From contig JBGPIA010000018.1 of assembly GCA_041484665.1 (NCBI GenBank), positions 32,545 to 96,544 of the forward strand: a stretch of DNA of 64,000 bases. The letters run 5' to 3'. The notes below the pieces were generated by a model, which saw only the letters and a list, made by a program, of their open reading frames with translations, was not told where the DNA came from and did not search any database. A program made the position numbers and the translations under genes. This stretch comes from Candidatus Krumholzibacteriia bacterium. GTDB taxonomy: Bacteria; Krumholzibacteriota; Krumholzibacteriia; JAJRXK01. This document shows, piece after piece, positions 38,275 to 47,402 of this stretch. Position 1 is the stretch's first letter. The number at the start of each line of letters is the position of its first letter.

Positions 38275-38309
38275 CGGCCGGCGCGTGTGGCGTGCAGCCT
38301 CGCAGCCTG

Positions 38310-38420
38310 GCGATCACGTCGCAACGGTAGCCCTCCAGCGTCCTTCCGTTCACGAACTGGACGATGAGGTCGGGCGGAGTGGAGGGCGTCCCAGGCGTGC
38401 TTGCGCGACTCAGACCGCAT
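38310..38420 (-). pseudogene. HEPN/DUF86 toxin remnant
   Basis: MRSESRKHAWDAL, a frameshift, then DLIVQFVNGRTLEGYRCD. Start overlaps the MNT stop; no RX4-6H region. Confidence 0.6.
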
Positions 38421-38718
38421 CGATGGACTCGCGGCTGGCAGTGATACTGGCCTGGAAGTACGGATTGAGCACTGAGTCGGCTGTGACGAGTTCGACCGGT
38501 CGGACAAATAGCGTCTCCAACCCCTCCAGCAAGCCAAAGCAGGCGTCCGCGAATGCAGTCGGAGGCATCGGCTCGAACTCGACGAGAAAACCGAGGTCGC
38601 TGCTCTGCGGATCGAAGCGATCCTGCGTGGCCGATCCGAACACGTCCAGACGCTGCACTTGGTACGGGCGGCACAGTTTAGCCACCTCGGCACTTTTCGC
38701 CTGGATCATCGGCAACAT
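38410..38718 (-). CDS. Minimal nucleotidyltransferase (MNT antitoxin), possibly inactive
   Basis: LCRPYQVQRLDVFGSA...SDLGFLVEF...L.RPVELV...NPYF. The DxD motif reads DLG. Confidence 0.8.
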   Translation of the reverse strand: MLPMIQAKSAEVAKLCRPYQVQRLDVFGSATQDRFDPQSSDLGFLVEFEPMPPTAFADACFGLLEGLETLFVRPVELVTADSVLNPYFQASITASRESIDAV

Positions 38719-38798
38719 CGCGCTCGCCCCTGTCGAAGCGTCACTGGCTCTCGCGACCGTTCGTATCGTCGAGCCGGCCTCGCGATTTCGTCCCTTCT

Positions 38799-40919
38799 CT
38801 ACTCCGCCGGAGCCCCCCGGCTCAAGGGCCCGACCACTGGAAGGGCGGCCGGCGGGGCCGACGACGGGTGAGCGCCGCCGCGCCCCGTGCCGGCGGCTTC
38901 GGCCGGCGGGCCACCACCGGTGCCCGGCACCAGCGCGTCCGGCGCCAGGACGTCCAGCGCCAGGCGCGCCAGCTCGCCCACCGACCAGGCCTGAAAGAGG
39001 CAGCCGCGCGGCGTGTGGGGCGGCTCCGCGTCGGCGATCTCGGGCAAGTGGCCCAGACCCGCCATGCCAAGCTGTGCGAGCAACGGCTCGACGAAGCGCG
39101 CTCGCGCCTCCTGGATGGCGGCCGGCGTCGTTCCGCGCACGCGCAGCCACGCCTCGACGAACGGACCGGCCAGCCAGGGCCAGACCGTCCCCTGGTGGTA
39201 GGCCGCATCGCGCGCGCGCATGTCGCCCTCGTAGTGGGGCGCGTAGCCCGACTCCCCCGGGGCGAGCGACCGCAAACCCATGGGCGTCCAGAGTCGCTGC
39301 TCGACCACATCCACCACGCGGCGTGCGCGCTCGCCCTCCAGCAGCGCAAACGGCAGTCCACCGACGGCGAGGATCTGGTTGGGTCGGACCGTGGCGTCGA
39401 CGGTGCCGCTGCGATGGTCGACGTCGATCACGTCGAAGAGGCAGGTCGTGGCCTCGTTCCAGAAGCGCTCCTGCAGGCTGCGCAGCCCCAGAGCGTAGCG
39501 CTCCTGCCAGCGCTGCGCGCGCTCGGCAGAGCCGCTGAGCGTGGCGCCGATGCGCAAGGCATTGAGCCAGAGGGCCTGGACCTCCACGGGCTTGCCGATG
39601 CGTGGGGTAACCACCCAGTCGCCGATCTTGGCGTCCATCCACGTGAGCTGGACGCCGGGCTGACCCGCGGCGAGCAGCCCGTCGCCATCCATATGGATAT
39701 TGAAGCGCGTGCCGCGTGCGAAGCCCTCGAGGATGCGCTCGACCGCCGTGACCAGCCGGGCGCGGTCGGCCGCGGTCAGCAGGTCGTTGCGCGCTGCCTT
39801 CAGCGCGTCAAAACGACGCGCCGGCCGGGGACGCTTGTGCGCCTCCAGGAAATCGTGGACGGCGATCACGTACCACAGGGACGCGTCCACCGCGTTGAAC
39901 TCCGGTGTCCCGCCCTGCTCGACGAAGCGATTGGGCAACATCCCTTCGGAGACCGCGTCGGCCCAGGCCAGCAGGATCTCGCGCGCGTCCCGCAGGCGGC
40001 CCGTGGCCAGTGTGAGCCCGCGCATCGCGATGAAGGTGTCGCGCCCCCAGTCGGTGAACCACGGATAGCCGGCCACGATGGTGCGACCCGCGCCGCGCGC
40101 CACGATGTAGTCGTCGGCCGCGCGGTGCAGGGGGGTGGGAAAGGACTCGCGGCGGCGCCGCTCGGCGTGCGCCAGCTCGGCCGCCAGCGGGCGGGCAGCC
40201 GCGCTGGCCAGCGCTGCGAGTGTCTGCTCGTTGCGGGCGGCGAGGATCAGCACGGACTCGCCTTCGGACAGAGCGAACCGGAATTCCCCGGGCGAGGCCA
40301 GATCCTCCAGGAAGTCGAGCCCGCGGGCGCGCTCCTCCTCGTAGAGGAAGTTGCGGTACCACGCGGTGCCCTGCGCGTAGGTCCCGTTGCTGCACGCGAC
40401 CACCGCAGGCAGGTCGGCGTAGGGGCGCCACGTCACGCGCTCGCCGTCGGTTTGGGAATCGAAGCGAAAGGCCCCGTTTTCGTGGTGCAACGAATGGGTG
40501 TCGCGGCCCGACAGGAATGGCCGGACCGTGAGCGTCACCTGCACGATGGGCGCGAGAAGCCGCCAGCGGACCACCGTCAGCGGCAGGCCGTGGCGCACGA
40601 AGATCTCTTGCTGTACGCGGGTGCCGTCCTCCAGGCGGAAGCACCAGGTGGGCCAGGGCCCGACCGTGAACGACTCGATCCAGCGTTCTCCGTCCGGGTG
40701 CGTGACGTCCGGCGCGTAGCGTTGCGCGCTGAGGGCGAAGCTGCCGCCGGGAGTCTGCACCGTTGCGTCGAGCCCGTTCACCAGCGCCATTCGGCCGGCC
40801 GGCGGCTGGGTCGCGGTCAGCAGCAACGCGTGGTAGCGGCGCGTGCGGACGAGCCGTTCGGTCCCGCTGGCGAAGCCACCCAGACCGTCGGTCTCCAACC
40901 ACTCCCGTCGCACAGGCAT
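38799..40919 (-). CDS. Amylo-alpha-1,6-glucosidase (glycogen debranching enzyme)
   Basis: REWLETDGLGGFASGT, TRRYHALL, IVAGYPWFTDWGRDTFI, LTWMDAK, YHQGTVWPWL, QAWSV. Confidence 0.93.
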   Translation of the reverse strand: MPVRREWLETDGLGGFASGTERLVRTRRYHALLLTATQPPAGRMALVNGLDATVQTPGGSFALSAQRYAPDVTHPDGERWIESFTVGPWPTWCFRLEDGTRVQQEIFVRHGLPLTVVRWRLLAPIVQVTLTVRPFLSGRDTHSLHHENGAFRFDSQTDGERVTWRPYADLPAVVACSNGTYAQGTAWYRNFLYEEERARGLDFLEDLASPGEFRFALSEGESVLILAARNEQTLAALASAAARPLAAELAHAERRRRESFPTPLHRAADDYIVARGAGRTIVAGYPWFTDWGRDTFIAMRGLTLATGRLRDAREILLAWADAVSEGMLPNRFVEQGGTPEFNAVDASLWYVIAVHDFLEAHKRPRPARRFDALKAARNDLLTAADRARLVTAVERILEGFARGTRFNIHMDGDGLLAAGQPGVQLTWMDAKIGDWVVTPRIGKPVEVQALWLNALRIGATLSGSAERAQRWQERYALGLRSLQERFWNEATTCLFDVIDVDHRSGTVDATVRPNQILAVGGLPFALLEGERARRVVDVVEQRLWTPMGLRSLAPGESGYAPHYEGDMRARDAAYHQGTVWPWLAGPFVEAWLRVRGTTPAAIQEARARFVEPLLAQLGMAGLGHLPEIADAEPPHTPRGCLFQAWSVGELARLALDVLAPDALVPGTGGGPPAEAAGTGRGGAHPSSAPPAALPVVGPLSRGAPAE

Positions 40920-40950
40920 GGCGCTCGTCGTTCGGTTGCGATCGGACGAT

Positions 40951-43734
40951 TCAGACCCGAGTCGCGCGCCGCCGGGGGGCGGCGGCCTGCGGCGCCACAG
41001 TTCGCTGGCCGGGCGCCACGGTCTTCGCACCGGGCGCCACGGTTCGCTGGCCGGGCGCCCCGATCTTCGCATCGGACGCCGACTTCTCGATGCAGCGGGT
41101 CACCAGCGCGGTCCAGCCCGTCTGGTGGCTGGCTCCCACGCCGCGCCCGGTGTCGCCGTCGAAGGACTCGTAGAACAGCACGAGCTCGTTGTAATTCGGA
41201 TCGAGCGCGTAGCGCTGGTCGTCGCCGTGCACGGGCCGGCGCCCCTGCACGGGCAGAAAGATCCGCGCCAGGCGCCGGGATAGCTCCTGGGCCACCTCGC
41301 GCAGGTTCATCAGGCGTCCCGAGCCGGCCGGGCACTCCACCTTCAGGCTGTCGCCGTAGAAGTGGTGGTAGCGCTCCAGCGCCTCGATCAGCAGGTAGTT
41401 CACCGGGAACCACACCGGGCCACGCCAGTTGGAGTTGCCGCCGAACAACCCGGTGTTCGATTCGGCCGGCTGGTAGTCCACGGAGTAGTTCAGCCCGTTG
41501 ACGGGAAACACGTAGGGCTTGTCCTTGTGCACGCGCGAGAGCGCGCGGATGCCGTGGGGCGACAGGAACTCGTCTTCGGCCAGCAGGTAGCCCAGCACGC
41601 GCTCCAGCCGCTCGCGGGATGGAATGGCCAGCAGCCGTCGGTCCTGGCCGCCGTTCATGCTCGCCATGTAGGCGATGTTGCGCGCGAGATCCTGGCGGTT
41701 CTCCAGGAACCAGCGCATGCGCCGCGCGAAGCCGGGCAGCTTCTCGATCACCCGCTGCTCCAGGATTTCGCAAGCGAACAGCGGGATGAGTCCCACCATC
41801 GAGCGCACGCGCAGCGGGATGTGCTGATTGTCGACGTGGAGCTGGTCGTAGTAGAAGCCGTCCTGCTCGTCCCACAGGCCGCTGCCGCCCAGGGTGTTCA
41901 TCGCGTCGACGATGGCCACGAAGTGCTCGAAGAACTTGCTCGCCACGTCCTCGTACGCCGGATCCTCCTTGGCCAACTCCAGGGCAATGGAGAGCATCGT
42001 GCCGCAGTAGAACGCCATCCAGGCGGTTCCGTCGGCCTGCTCGAGATGCCCTCCGGTCGGCAGCGGGCTGGAGCGGTCGAACACCCCCACGTTGTCCAGA
42101 CCCAGGAAGCCACCGCCGAAGACGTTGTTGCCGTCCTCGTCCTTGCGGTTGACCCACCACGTGAAATTAATCAGGAGCTTCTGGAACATTCGCTTCAGGA
42201 AGAGCCGGTCACGCTGGCCGCGCTCGCCGGTGATCTTGTACACGCGCCACGCCGCCCAGGCGTGCACCGGTGGGTTGACGTCGCCCAGGGCCCACTCGTA
42301 GGCCGGGATCTGTCCGTTGGGATGCATGTACCACTCGCGCAGCAGCAACAGCAGCTGTTCCTTGGCGAACGTGGGGTCGATCTTGGCGAAGGGGATCATG
42401 TGGAATGCCAGGTCCCATGCCGCATACCACGGGTACTCCCACTTGTCGGGCATCGAGATCACGTCACGATTGTACAGGTGCCCCCACTCGCGGTTGCGCC
42501 CGCGCTTGCGATCCGGCGGCGGCTCGGGCTGCTCGGGATCGCCCTCCAGCCAGCGCTTGACCGCGTAGTGGTAGAACTGCTTGCTCCACAAGAGACCCGC
42601 ATAGGCCTGCCGCGCGGCGGTGCGCTCCTCTACGCTCACGCCGGCAGGGATCACGCCCCGGTAGAACTCGTCGGCCTCGCGCATGCGCTTTGCGAAGATC
42701 GCGTCGAAGGCGCCCCCGAAGAGCGTCGCACTTGCCTTGGTGGAGCCCTCCTCCCGCAGCAGGCGCAATCGCACCGTGAGCGTGCCGCGCGCCGGCACGG
42801 CGAGCACGTAGTGGAACGCGGCCTTGGTCCCGACCCTGGCTGGGTTGACGGCTGCGGCCCGGTTTCCAATCACGTAGTCGTGGAAGGCGTCCTTGACGTA
42901 GGGGCCCCGGTTGGGCGCGCCCCACAGCGACTGCGCGTTGCTCTCGTTCTCGGTGAACAGCAAGGTCGGCGCGGCACCCGCAGCCTGCGTTTCGGCGGCG
43001 AGGCGGAAGCGCTCCAACGTGGGGTGCTCCGCAGCGATCGCGTCCGTCCCGGCCGCCCGCAGCGTGGGCTTGCCCTCGCCGGCTGCAGCGGACGGTTCCC
43101 ACGACCAGGTGTTGCGGAACCACAGGGTCGGCAGAAGATGGAGCGTGGCGGCCTGAAGTCCCCGGTTGGCGACCGTGATGCGGATGAGTATGTCGTCCGG
43201 GCCGGCCTTGGCGTACTCGACCATCACGTCGAAGTAGCGGTCCTGCGCGAAGACGCCCGCGTCGGCCAGCTCGAACTCGGGTCTGCCGACGCCGCGCTGG
43301 CGTGCCTCCTCCACCAGGCGCGCGTAGGGATACTCCGCCTGCGGGTACTTGTAGAGCGCCTTCATATACGAGTGGGTGGGCGTGGAGTCGAGATAGTAAT
43401 ACTCCTCCTTCACGTCCTCCCCGTGATTGCCCTCGGGGCCCGTGAGCCCGAACAGGCGCTCCTTCAGGATGGGATCGCGCCCGTTCCACAGCGCCACGGA
43501 GAAGCAGAGCCGGCACTCGCGGTCGCAGATGCCCAGCAAGCCGTCCTCCCCCCAGCGGTAGGTCCGACGCCGCGCGTGATCGTGGGGGAAATAGTCCCAA
43601 GCGGTCCCGTTGGGCGAGTAGTCCTCGCGTACGGTTCCCCACTGCCGTTCCGACAGGTAGGGGCCCCACCGCTTCCAATTGGCCTGACGGCGGTCGTCCT
43701 GAGAGAGCCTCTGCGCCTCCGCTCCTCGCATCAT
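40951..43734 (-). CDS. GH63-like glucosidase
   Basis: [60 protein letters not shown]. Confidence 0.92.
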   Translation of the reverse strand: MMRGAEAQRLSQDDRRQANWKRWGPYLSERQWGTVREDYSPNGTAWDYFPHDHARRRTYRWGEDGLLGICDRECRLCFSVALWNGRDPILKERLFGLTGPEGNHGEDVKEEYYYLDSTPTHSYMKALYKYPQAEYPYARLVEEARQRGVGRPEFELADAGVFAQDRYFDVMVEYAKAGPDDILIRITVANRGLQAATLHLLPTLWFRNTWSWEPSAAAGEGKPTLRAAGTDAIAAEHPTLERFRLAAETQAAGAAPTLLFTENESNAQSLWGAPNRGPYVKDAFHDYVIGNRAAAVNPARVGTKAAFHYVLAVPARGTLTVRLRLLREEGSTKASATLFGGAFDAIFAKRMREADEFYRGVIPAGVSVEERTAARQAYAGLLWSKQFYHYAVKRWLEGDPEQPEPPPDRKRGRNREWGHLYNRDVISMPDKWEYPWYAAWDLAFHMIPFAKIDPTFAKEQLLLLLREWYMHPNGQIPAYEWALGDVNPPVHAWAAWRVYKITGERGQRDRLFLKRMFQKLLINFTWWVNRKDEDGNNVFGGGFLGLDNVGVFDRSSPLPTGGHLEQADGTAWMAFYCGTMLSIALELAKEDPAYEDVASKFFEHFVAIVDAMNTLGGSGLWDEQDGFYYDQLHVDNQHIPLRVRSMVGLIPLFACEILEQRVIEKLPGFARRMRWFLENRQDLARNIAYMASMNGGQDRRLLAIPSRERLERVLGYLLAEDEFLSPHGIRALSRVHKDKPYVFPVNGLNYSVDYQPAESNTGLFGGNSNWRGPVWFPVNYLLIEALERYHHFYGDSLKVECPAGSGRLMNLREVAQELSRRLARIFLPVQGRRPVHGDDQRYALDPNYNELVLFYESFDGDTGRGVGASHQTGWTALVTRCIEKSASDAKIGAPGQRTVAPGAKTVAPGQRTVAPQAAAPRRRATRV
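40991..41074. repeat. 21-bp tandem repeat x4 in the 3' end of the GH63 gene
   Basis: Alternating GGCGCCAC.GTTCGCTGGCCG and GGCGCC.CG.TCTTCGCA.CG units. Confidence 0.8.
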
Positions 43735-44070
43735 CGCCCTCCCTGGGCCTGTGCCGCATGCTCGACCTGCGCCTGCGCCAGTTCGGGGACCCCCAGCTCG
43801 AAGTACTCGCGGTTGGCGTTGACCGTCCCCACCATCACCTTGTTCCCCTGCACGAACTCGAGGTTGATGCGGTCGGGGGGCACCTCGACCTTCCGATTGC
43901 CGCTGGTGACGCTGGCCAGCAGCAGGACGCCGTTCTTGCCCAGGGACTGCAGCGCCTCGAACACCAGCGGGGAGAACTCGGTCCCTTCGAACATCACGTC
44001 AAACGGTCCAAGGTCTTTGCCGCCGCCAGCAACGACATCTCCTGCGTTGACACGTAGCGCGCGCCGAGCG
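43731..44070 (-). pseudogene. Glucose 1-dehydrogenase (Zn-MDR) C-terminal fragment
   Basis: [31 protein letters not shown]...[24 protein letters not shown]-terminal domain absent. Confidence 0.7.
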
Positions 44071-44253
44071 CCTTGATCGCGCTGGGCGTGATCGGCGGCG
44101 CGTTGATCAGCCACCTGACCAAGCGAAGGATCGTCGTGAAGGACGACTTGAGGGCTGCTGTTCGGCCTGGCGGTCACGACTCTCGTGGCCAGCGCGCTGG
44201 TGCTGCTCATCCGGCGCTGCGAGATCCCGATCATCGGGGAGAAGCTCTTCTGA
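44070..44253 (+). pseudogene. DoxX-like membrane protein C-terminal fragment
   Basis: LIALGVIGGALISHLTK..IVVKDD, a frameshift, then GLLFGLAVTTLVASALVLLIRRCEIPIIG. Confidence 0.5.
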
Positions 44254-44304
44254 CGCTGCCGGCGGCGCACGCCCTGCCGACACACCCGACCGGATCCGGC
44301 CGGA

Positions 44305-45801
44305 TCAGCCCCACAGGAGCCGCCGCAGGCTCTCGTCCGCCATCGCCTTGAACGGCGACCAATACAGGCCCAGCAGCACCACCGGCAACGCCAGCAGCAC
44401 GAGGATCACGATGTGGGCGCGCGCCAGGCCGAGGCCGCCGGTCTCCTGCGTGGAGGCGAAGTACATGGCCTTGGGGATCCGCATATAGTAGTAGAGCGAG
44501 ATGACGCTGTTCATCACGCCCAGCAGCGCCAGCCACCACATTCCGCTCTTCACCACGGCGGCGAACAGGTAGAACTTCCCGATAAAGCCCGCCGTCGGCG
44601 GCAGCCCGGTGAGGCTCAGCAGGAAGATGGTCATCGCCACGGCGACCAGGGGCTCGCGCGAGCTCAGCCCGGCGTAGTCATCGATGTCCTCGCTGCCCAC
44701 GCGGTTGTTCAACGCGATCACCACCAGGAACGCCCCCAGGTTCATGATAGCGTAGACGATCAGGTAGAACAGGATCGCCTGCAGCCCCGCCTCGGTCAGC
44801 AGCACGAAACCCATCAGCAGATAGCCCACATGGGCGATGGAGCTGTAGGCGAGCATGCGCTTGATGTTCTGCTGGCGCAGCGCCGCCAGGTTGCCGTAGG
44901 TCATCGTTACAGCGCTCATGAGCGCCAGGAGCCACGGCCACTGGATCTGCTCGACAACGCGCAGGCCCTCCACGCCGTGGGTCTGCTGCACGAGGGTCGT
45001 ATAAAAGAAGCGGATGAGCAGGGCGAACCCCGCGGCCTTGGGCCCGGCTGCGAACAGCGCGGTGATCGGCGTGGGCGAGCCCTCGTAGACGTCGGGCGTC
45101 CAGAAGTGGAACGGCACGGCGGAGATCTTGTAGCCGATCCCCGCCAGCACGAACAGGGTCGCCACCAGCAGGGCCAGCCCGGTCTGCTGCGCCGGCAACG
45201 CGGCGAGCTTGGCGCTGATGGCCACGAACCCGGTCTGCCCCGTCAGCCCGAAGAAGATGGCGGCGCCGAACAGCATCACGCCGCTGGAGACGGAGCCGTA
45301 GAGCACGTACTTGAGCGAGGCTTCGGTGCTGCGCAGGCTGAACCGAGCGTAGCCGGCCATGATGTAGCTGATGACGCTCACCAGCTCGATGGAGAGCACC
45401 AGCATCAGCAAGTCGGTCGACTCGGCCATCACCATCATGCCAAAGCACAGCGCCGCCAGGAAGCTGTAGTACTCCCCTTTGTGCTCGCGGTCCTCGCCCA
45501 TGATCTCACGGCTGCTGTAGCTCATGGCGGTCACCAGCATGGTGACGATCAGGAACAAAACCCGGAAGAAGTGCGCAAACGGGTCGACCACGACCATTTG
45601 ACCGAAGATGGGGTGGCTGCCACGCGGCGGGTCGGCCAGGGCCAGCGCCAACGACAGCACGGTCCCCGACCACAGCGCGAGCACGGTCAGCCTGTTGCGG
45701 CGGCCCCGCGCAATGATGTCCAGCACGACGCACACGACGAACGTGAGCGCCATCACTGCCTCGGGGAGGAAGTAGACCGTGTCCGACCAGCGCAAGTTCA
45801 C
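44305..45801 (-). CDS. nuoN: NADH-quinone oxidoreductase subunit N
   Basis: EASLKY, YKISAVPFHFWTPDVYEGSPTP, KRMLAYSSIAH, GFIGKFYLF. Confidence 0.95.
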   Translation of the reverse strand: MNLRWSDTVYFLPEAVMALTFVVCVVLDIIARGRRNRLTVLALWSGTVLSLALALADPPRGSHPIFGQMVVVDPFAHFFRVLFLIVTMLVTAMSYSSREIMGEDREHKGEYYSFLAALCFGMMVMAESTDLLMLVLSIELVSVISYIMAGYARFSLRSTEASLKYVLYGSVSSGVMLFGAAIFFGLTGQTGFVAISAKLAALPAQQTGLALLVATLFVLAGIGYKISAVPFHFWTPDVYEGSPTPITALFAAGPKAAGFALLIRFFYTTLVQQTHGVEGLRVVEQIQWPWLLALMSAVTMTYGNLAALRQQNIKRMLAYSSIAHVGYLLMGFVLLTEAGLQAILFYLIVYAIMNLGAFLVVIALNNRVGSEDIDDYAGLSSREPLVAVAMTIFLLSLTGLPPTAGFIGKFYLFAAVVKSGMWWLALLGVMNSVISLYYYMRIPKAMYFASTQETGGLGLARAHIVILVLLALPVVLLGLYWSPFKAMADESLRRLLWG

Positions 45802-45819
45802 GCCCGCCTCCTCGCCCGC

Positions 45820-47337
45820 TCAGGCCGGGATGTGCCGCAGCAGGTTCACCAGCGAAACCTTGATCATGTCGATGATCGGCGGCGGGTAAACCCCCAGCAG
45901 CACCACGATGACTGCGATGGGCACCGCCGAGAGCATCTCGCGCAGGCTGATGTCCGGGAGCTTTTCGTACTTGGGGTTCAGGGGGCCCAGGAATACGCGC
46001 TGCAGCATCCACAGCACGTACGCTGCGCCGATGATGATCCCCAGGCCACTGATGATGGTCACCGTCTGGTAGACCCGGAACGCGCCGACGAACACCAGCG
46101 CCTCACCCACGAAGCCCGACAGCCCGGGCAGGCCCAGCGCTGCGAACAGCGCCAGGCTGAACAGCGACGAGTAACGCGGCATCTTCATCATCAGCCCGCC
46201 GAATCCACTGATCTCACGGTGGTGGGTCCGGTCGTAGATCACGCCCACCATCAAGAAGAGCATGGCTGTGATGCAGCCGTGGTTGAACATCTGCATCATC
46301 GCGCCGGTGAAACCGGCCTCGTTGAACACGGCCATCCCCAGGCAGACGTACCCCATGTGGCTCACCGAGCTGTAGGCCACCAGCTTCTTCATGTCCGTCT
46401 GGGCCATGGCCACGCACGCGCCGTAGACGATGTTGATCGCTCCCAGGATCGCCAGCGGCACCGAGAACCAGCGCGCGGCGTCGGGCAGCATCGGGTAGCA
46501 GACGCGGAAGATCCCGTAGGTGCCCATCTTCAGGAGCACCCCCGCCAGGATCACGCTGACCGCCGTCGGGGCCTCCACGTGGGCGTCGGGCAACCAGGTG
46601 TGGAACGGGAAGATGGGTACCTTGATGGCGAACCCGACGAACAGGCCCAAGAACAGGATGTGGCGGACGCCGGAGTTGAGCAGCCACGCGCTGTGGTTCG
46701 CCTGGTTCATCATGGCGAGCATGTTGAACGTGTGGCCACCGGTCACCGGGTCCTTCACGTTGAAGTACAGCGCGATCAGCGCCAGCAGCATCAGCACCGA
46801 GCCAAACAGCGTGTACAGGAAGAACTTGATCGCGGCGTACTCGCGCCGCGGTCCGCCCCAGATGCCGATCAGGAAGTACATCGGCAAGAGCATCACTTCC
46901 CAGAACACGTAGAACAGGAAGAAGTCCAGGGAGATGAAGACGCCCAGCATCCCGGTCTCCAGCAGCAGGAACAGCGCGAAGTAGCCCTTGGTCGCCTTCT
47001 CGATCCCCCAGCTCGCGATGATGCACAAAAACGACAGCAGGGCCGTCAGCAGCACCATCGTGACCGAGATGCCGTCGACCCCAACGAAGTACTGGATGTT
47101 GAAGCTCTTGATCCACTCGGCCTGCGTCGAGAACTGGATACCAGGGGTGGCGCGGTCGAAGGTCAGGAAGAGCTGGATCGCCAGCAGCAGGGGCACCGCG
47201 GCGGTCGTAAGCGCCACCCAGCGGTGCGCGCCGCGACTGGCGCGCGGCAAAGCGATGATAGCCGCGGCGCCGATCAGCGGAACGAACGCCATCCAGGTGA
47301 GCAGCGAGCTGCGACTGACGATTTCTAGCCCTGGCAT
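45820..47337 (-). CDS. nuoM: NADH-quinone oxidoreductase subunit M
   Basis: GVDGIS, FYVFWEVMLLPMYFLIGIWG, PFHTWLPDAHVEAPT, LKMGTYG. Confidence 0.95.
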   Translation of the reverse strand: MPGLEIVSRSSLLTWMAFVPLIGAAAIIALPRASRGAHRWVALTTAAVPLLLAIQLFLTFDRATPGIQFSTQAEWIKSFNIQYFVGVDGISVTMVLLTALLSFLCIIASWGIEKATKGYFALFLLLETGMLGVFISLDFFLFYVFWEVMLLPMYFLIGIWGGPRREYAAIKFFLYTLFGSVLMLLALIALYFNVKDPVTGGHTFNMLAMMNQANHSAWLLNSGVRHILFLGLFVGFAIKVPIFPFHTWLPDAHVEAPTAVSVILAGVLLKMGTYGIFRVCYPMLPDAARWFSVPLAILGAINIVYGACVAMAQTDMKKLVAYSSVSHMGYVCLGMAVFNEAGFTGAMMQMFNHGCITAMLFLMVGVIYDRTHHREISGFGGLMMKMPRYSSLFSLALFAALGLPGLSGFVGEALVFVGAFRVYQTVTIISGLGIIIGAAYVLWMLQRVFLGPLNPKYEKLPDISLREMLSAVPIAVIVVLLGVYPPPIIDMIKVSLVNLLRHIPA

Positions 47338-47402
47338 CGTACCGGTCTCCTTCAGTTGCCCGCACGCGGCGCCCGCCAAAGCGGTTGCGTCCGCGCAGCC
47401 GG

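Larger units (their letters stand above)
37975..38275 (+). ncRNA. Candidate structured RNA or small-ORF transcript
   Basis: TTGACA at 37936, a 5' hairpin at 37979-38017, nested long-range stems and a strong terminator. Confidence 0.55.

Noticed and set aside
37975..38275. SRP RNA, tmRNA, RNase P RNA or tRNA
   Set aside because: I could not find the SRP domain IV motif, tRNA-like ends or RNase P conserved motifs. 6S RNA cannot be fully excluded without Infernal.
38868..47328. Long antisense ORFs (for example 38868-41501, 41362-44076, 44413-47328) and similar ones window-wide
   Set aside because: Shadow frames of real genes in high-GC DNA, with Arg/Ala/Gly/Pro-rich translations and no motifs.
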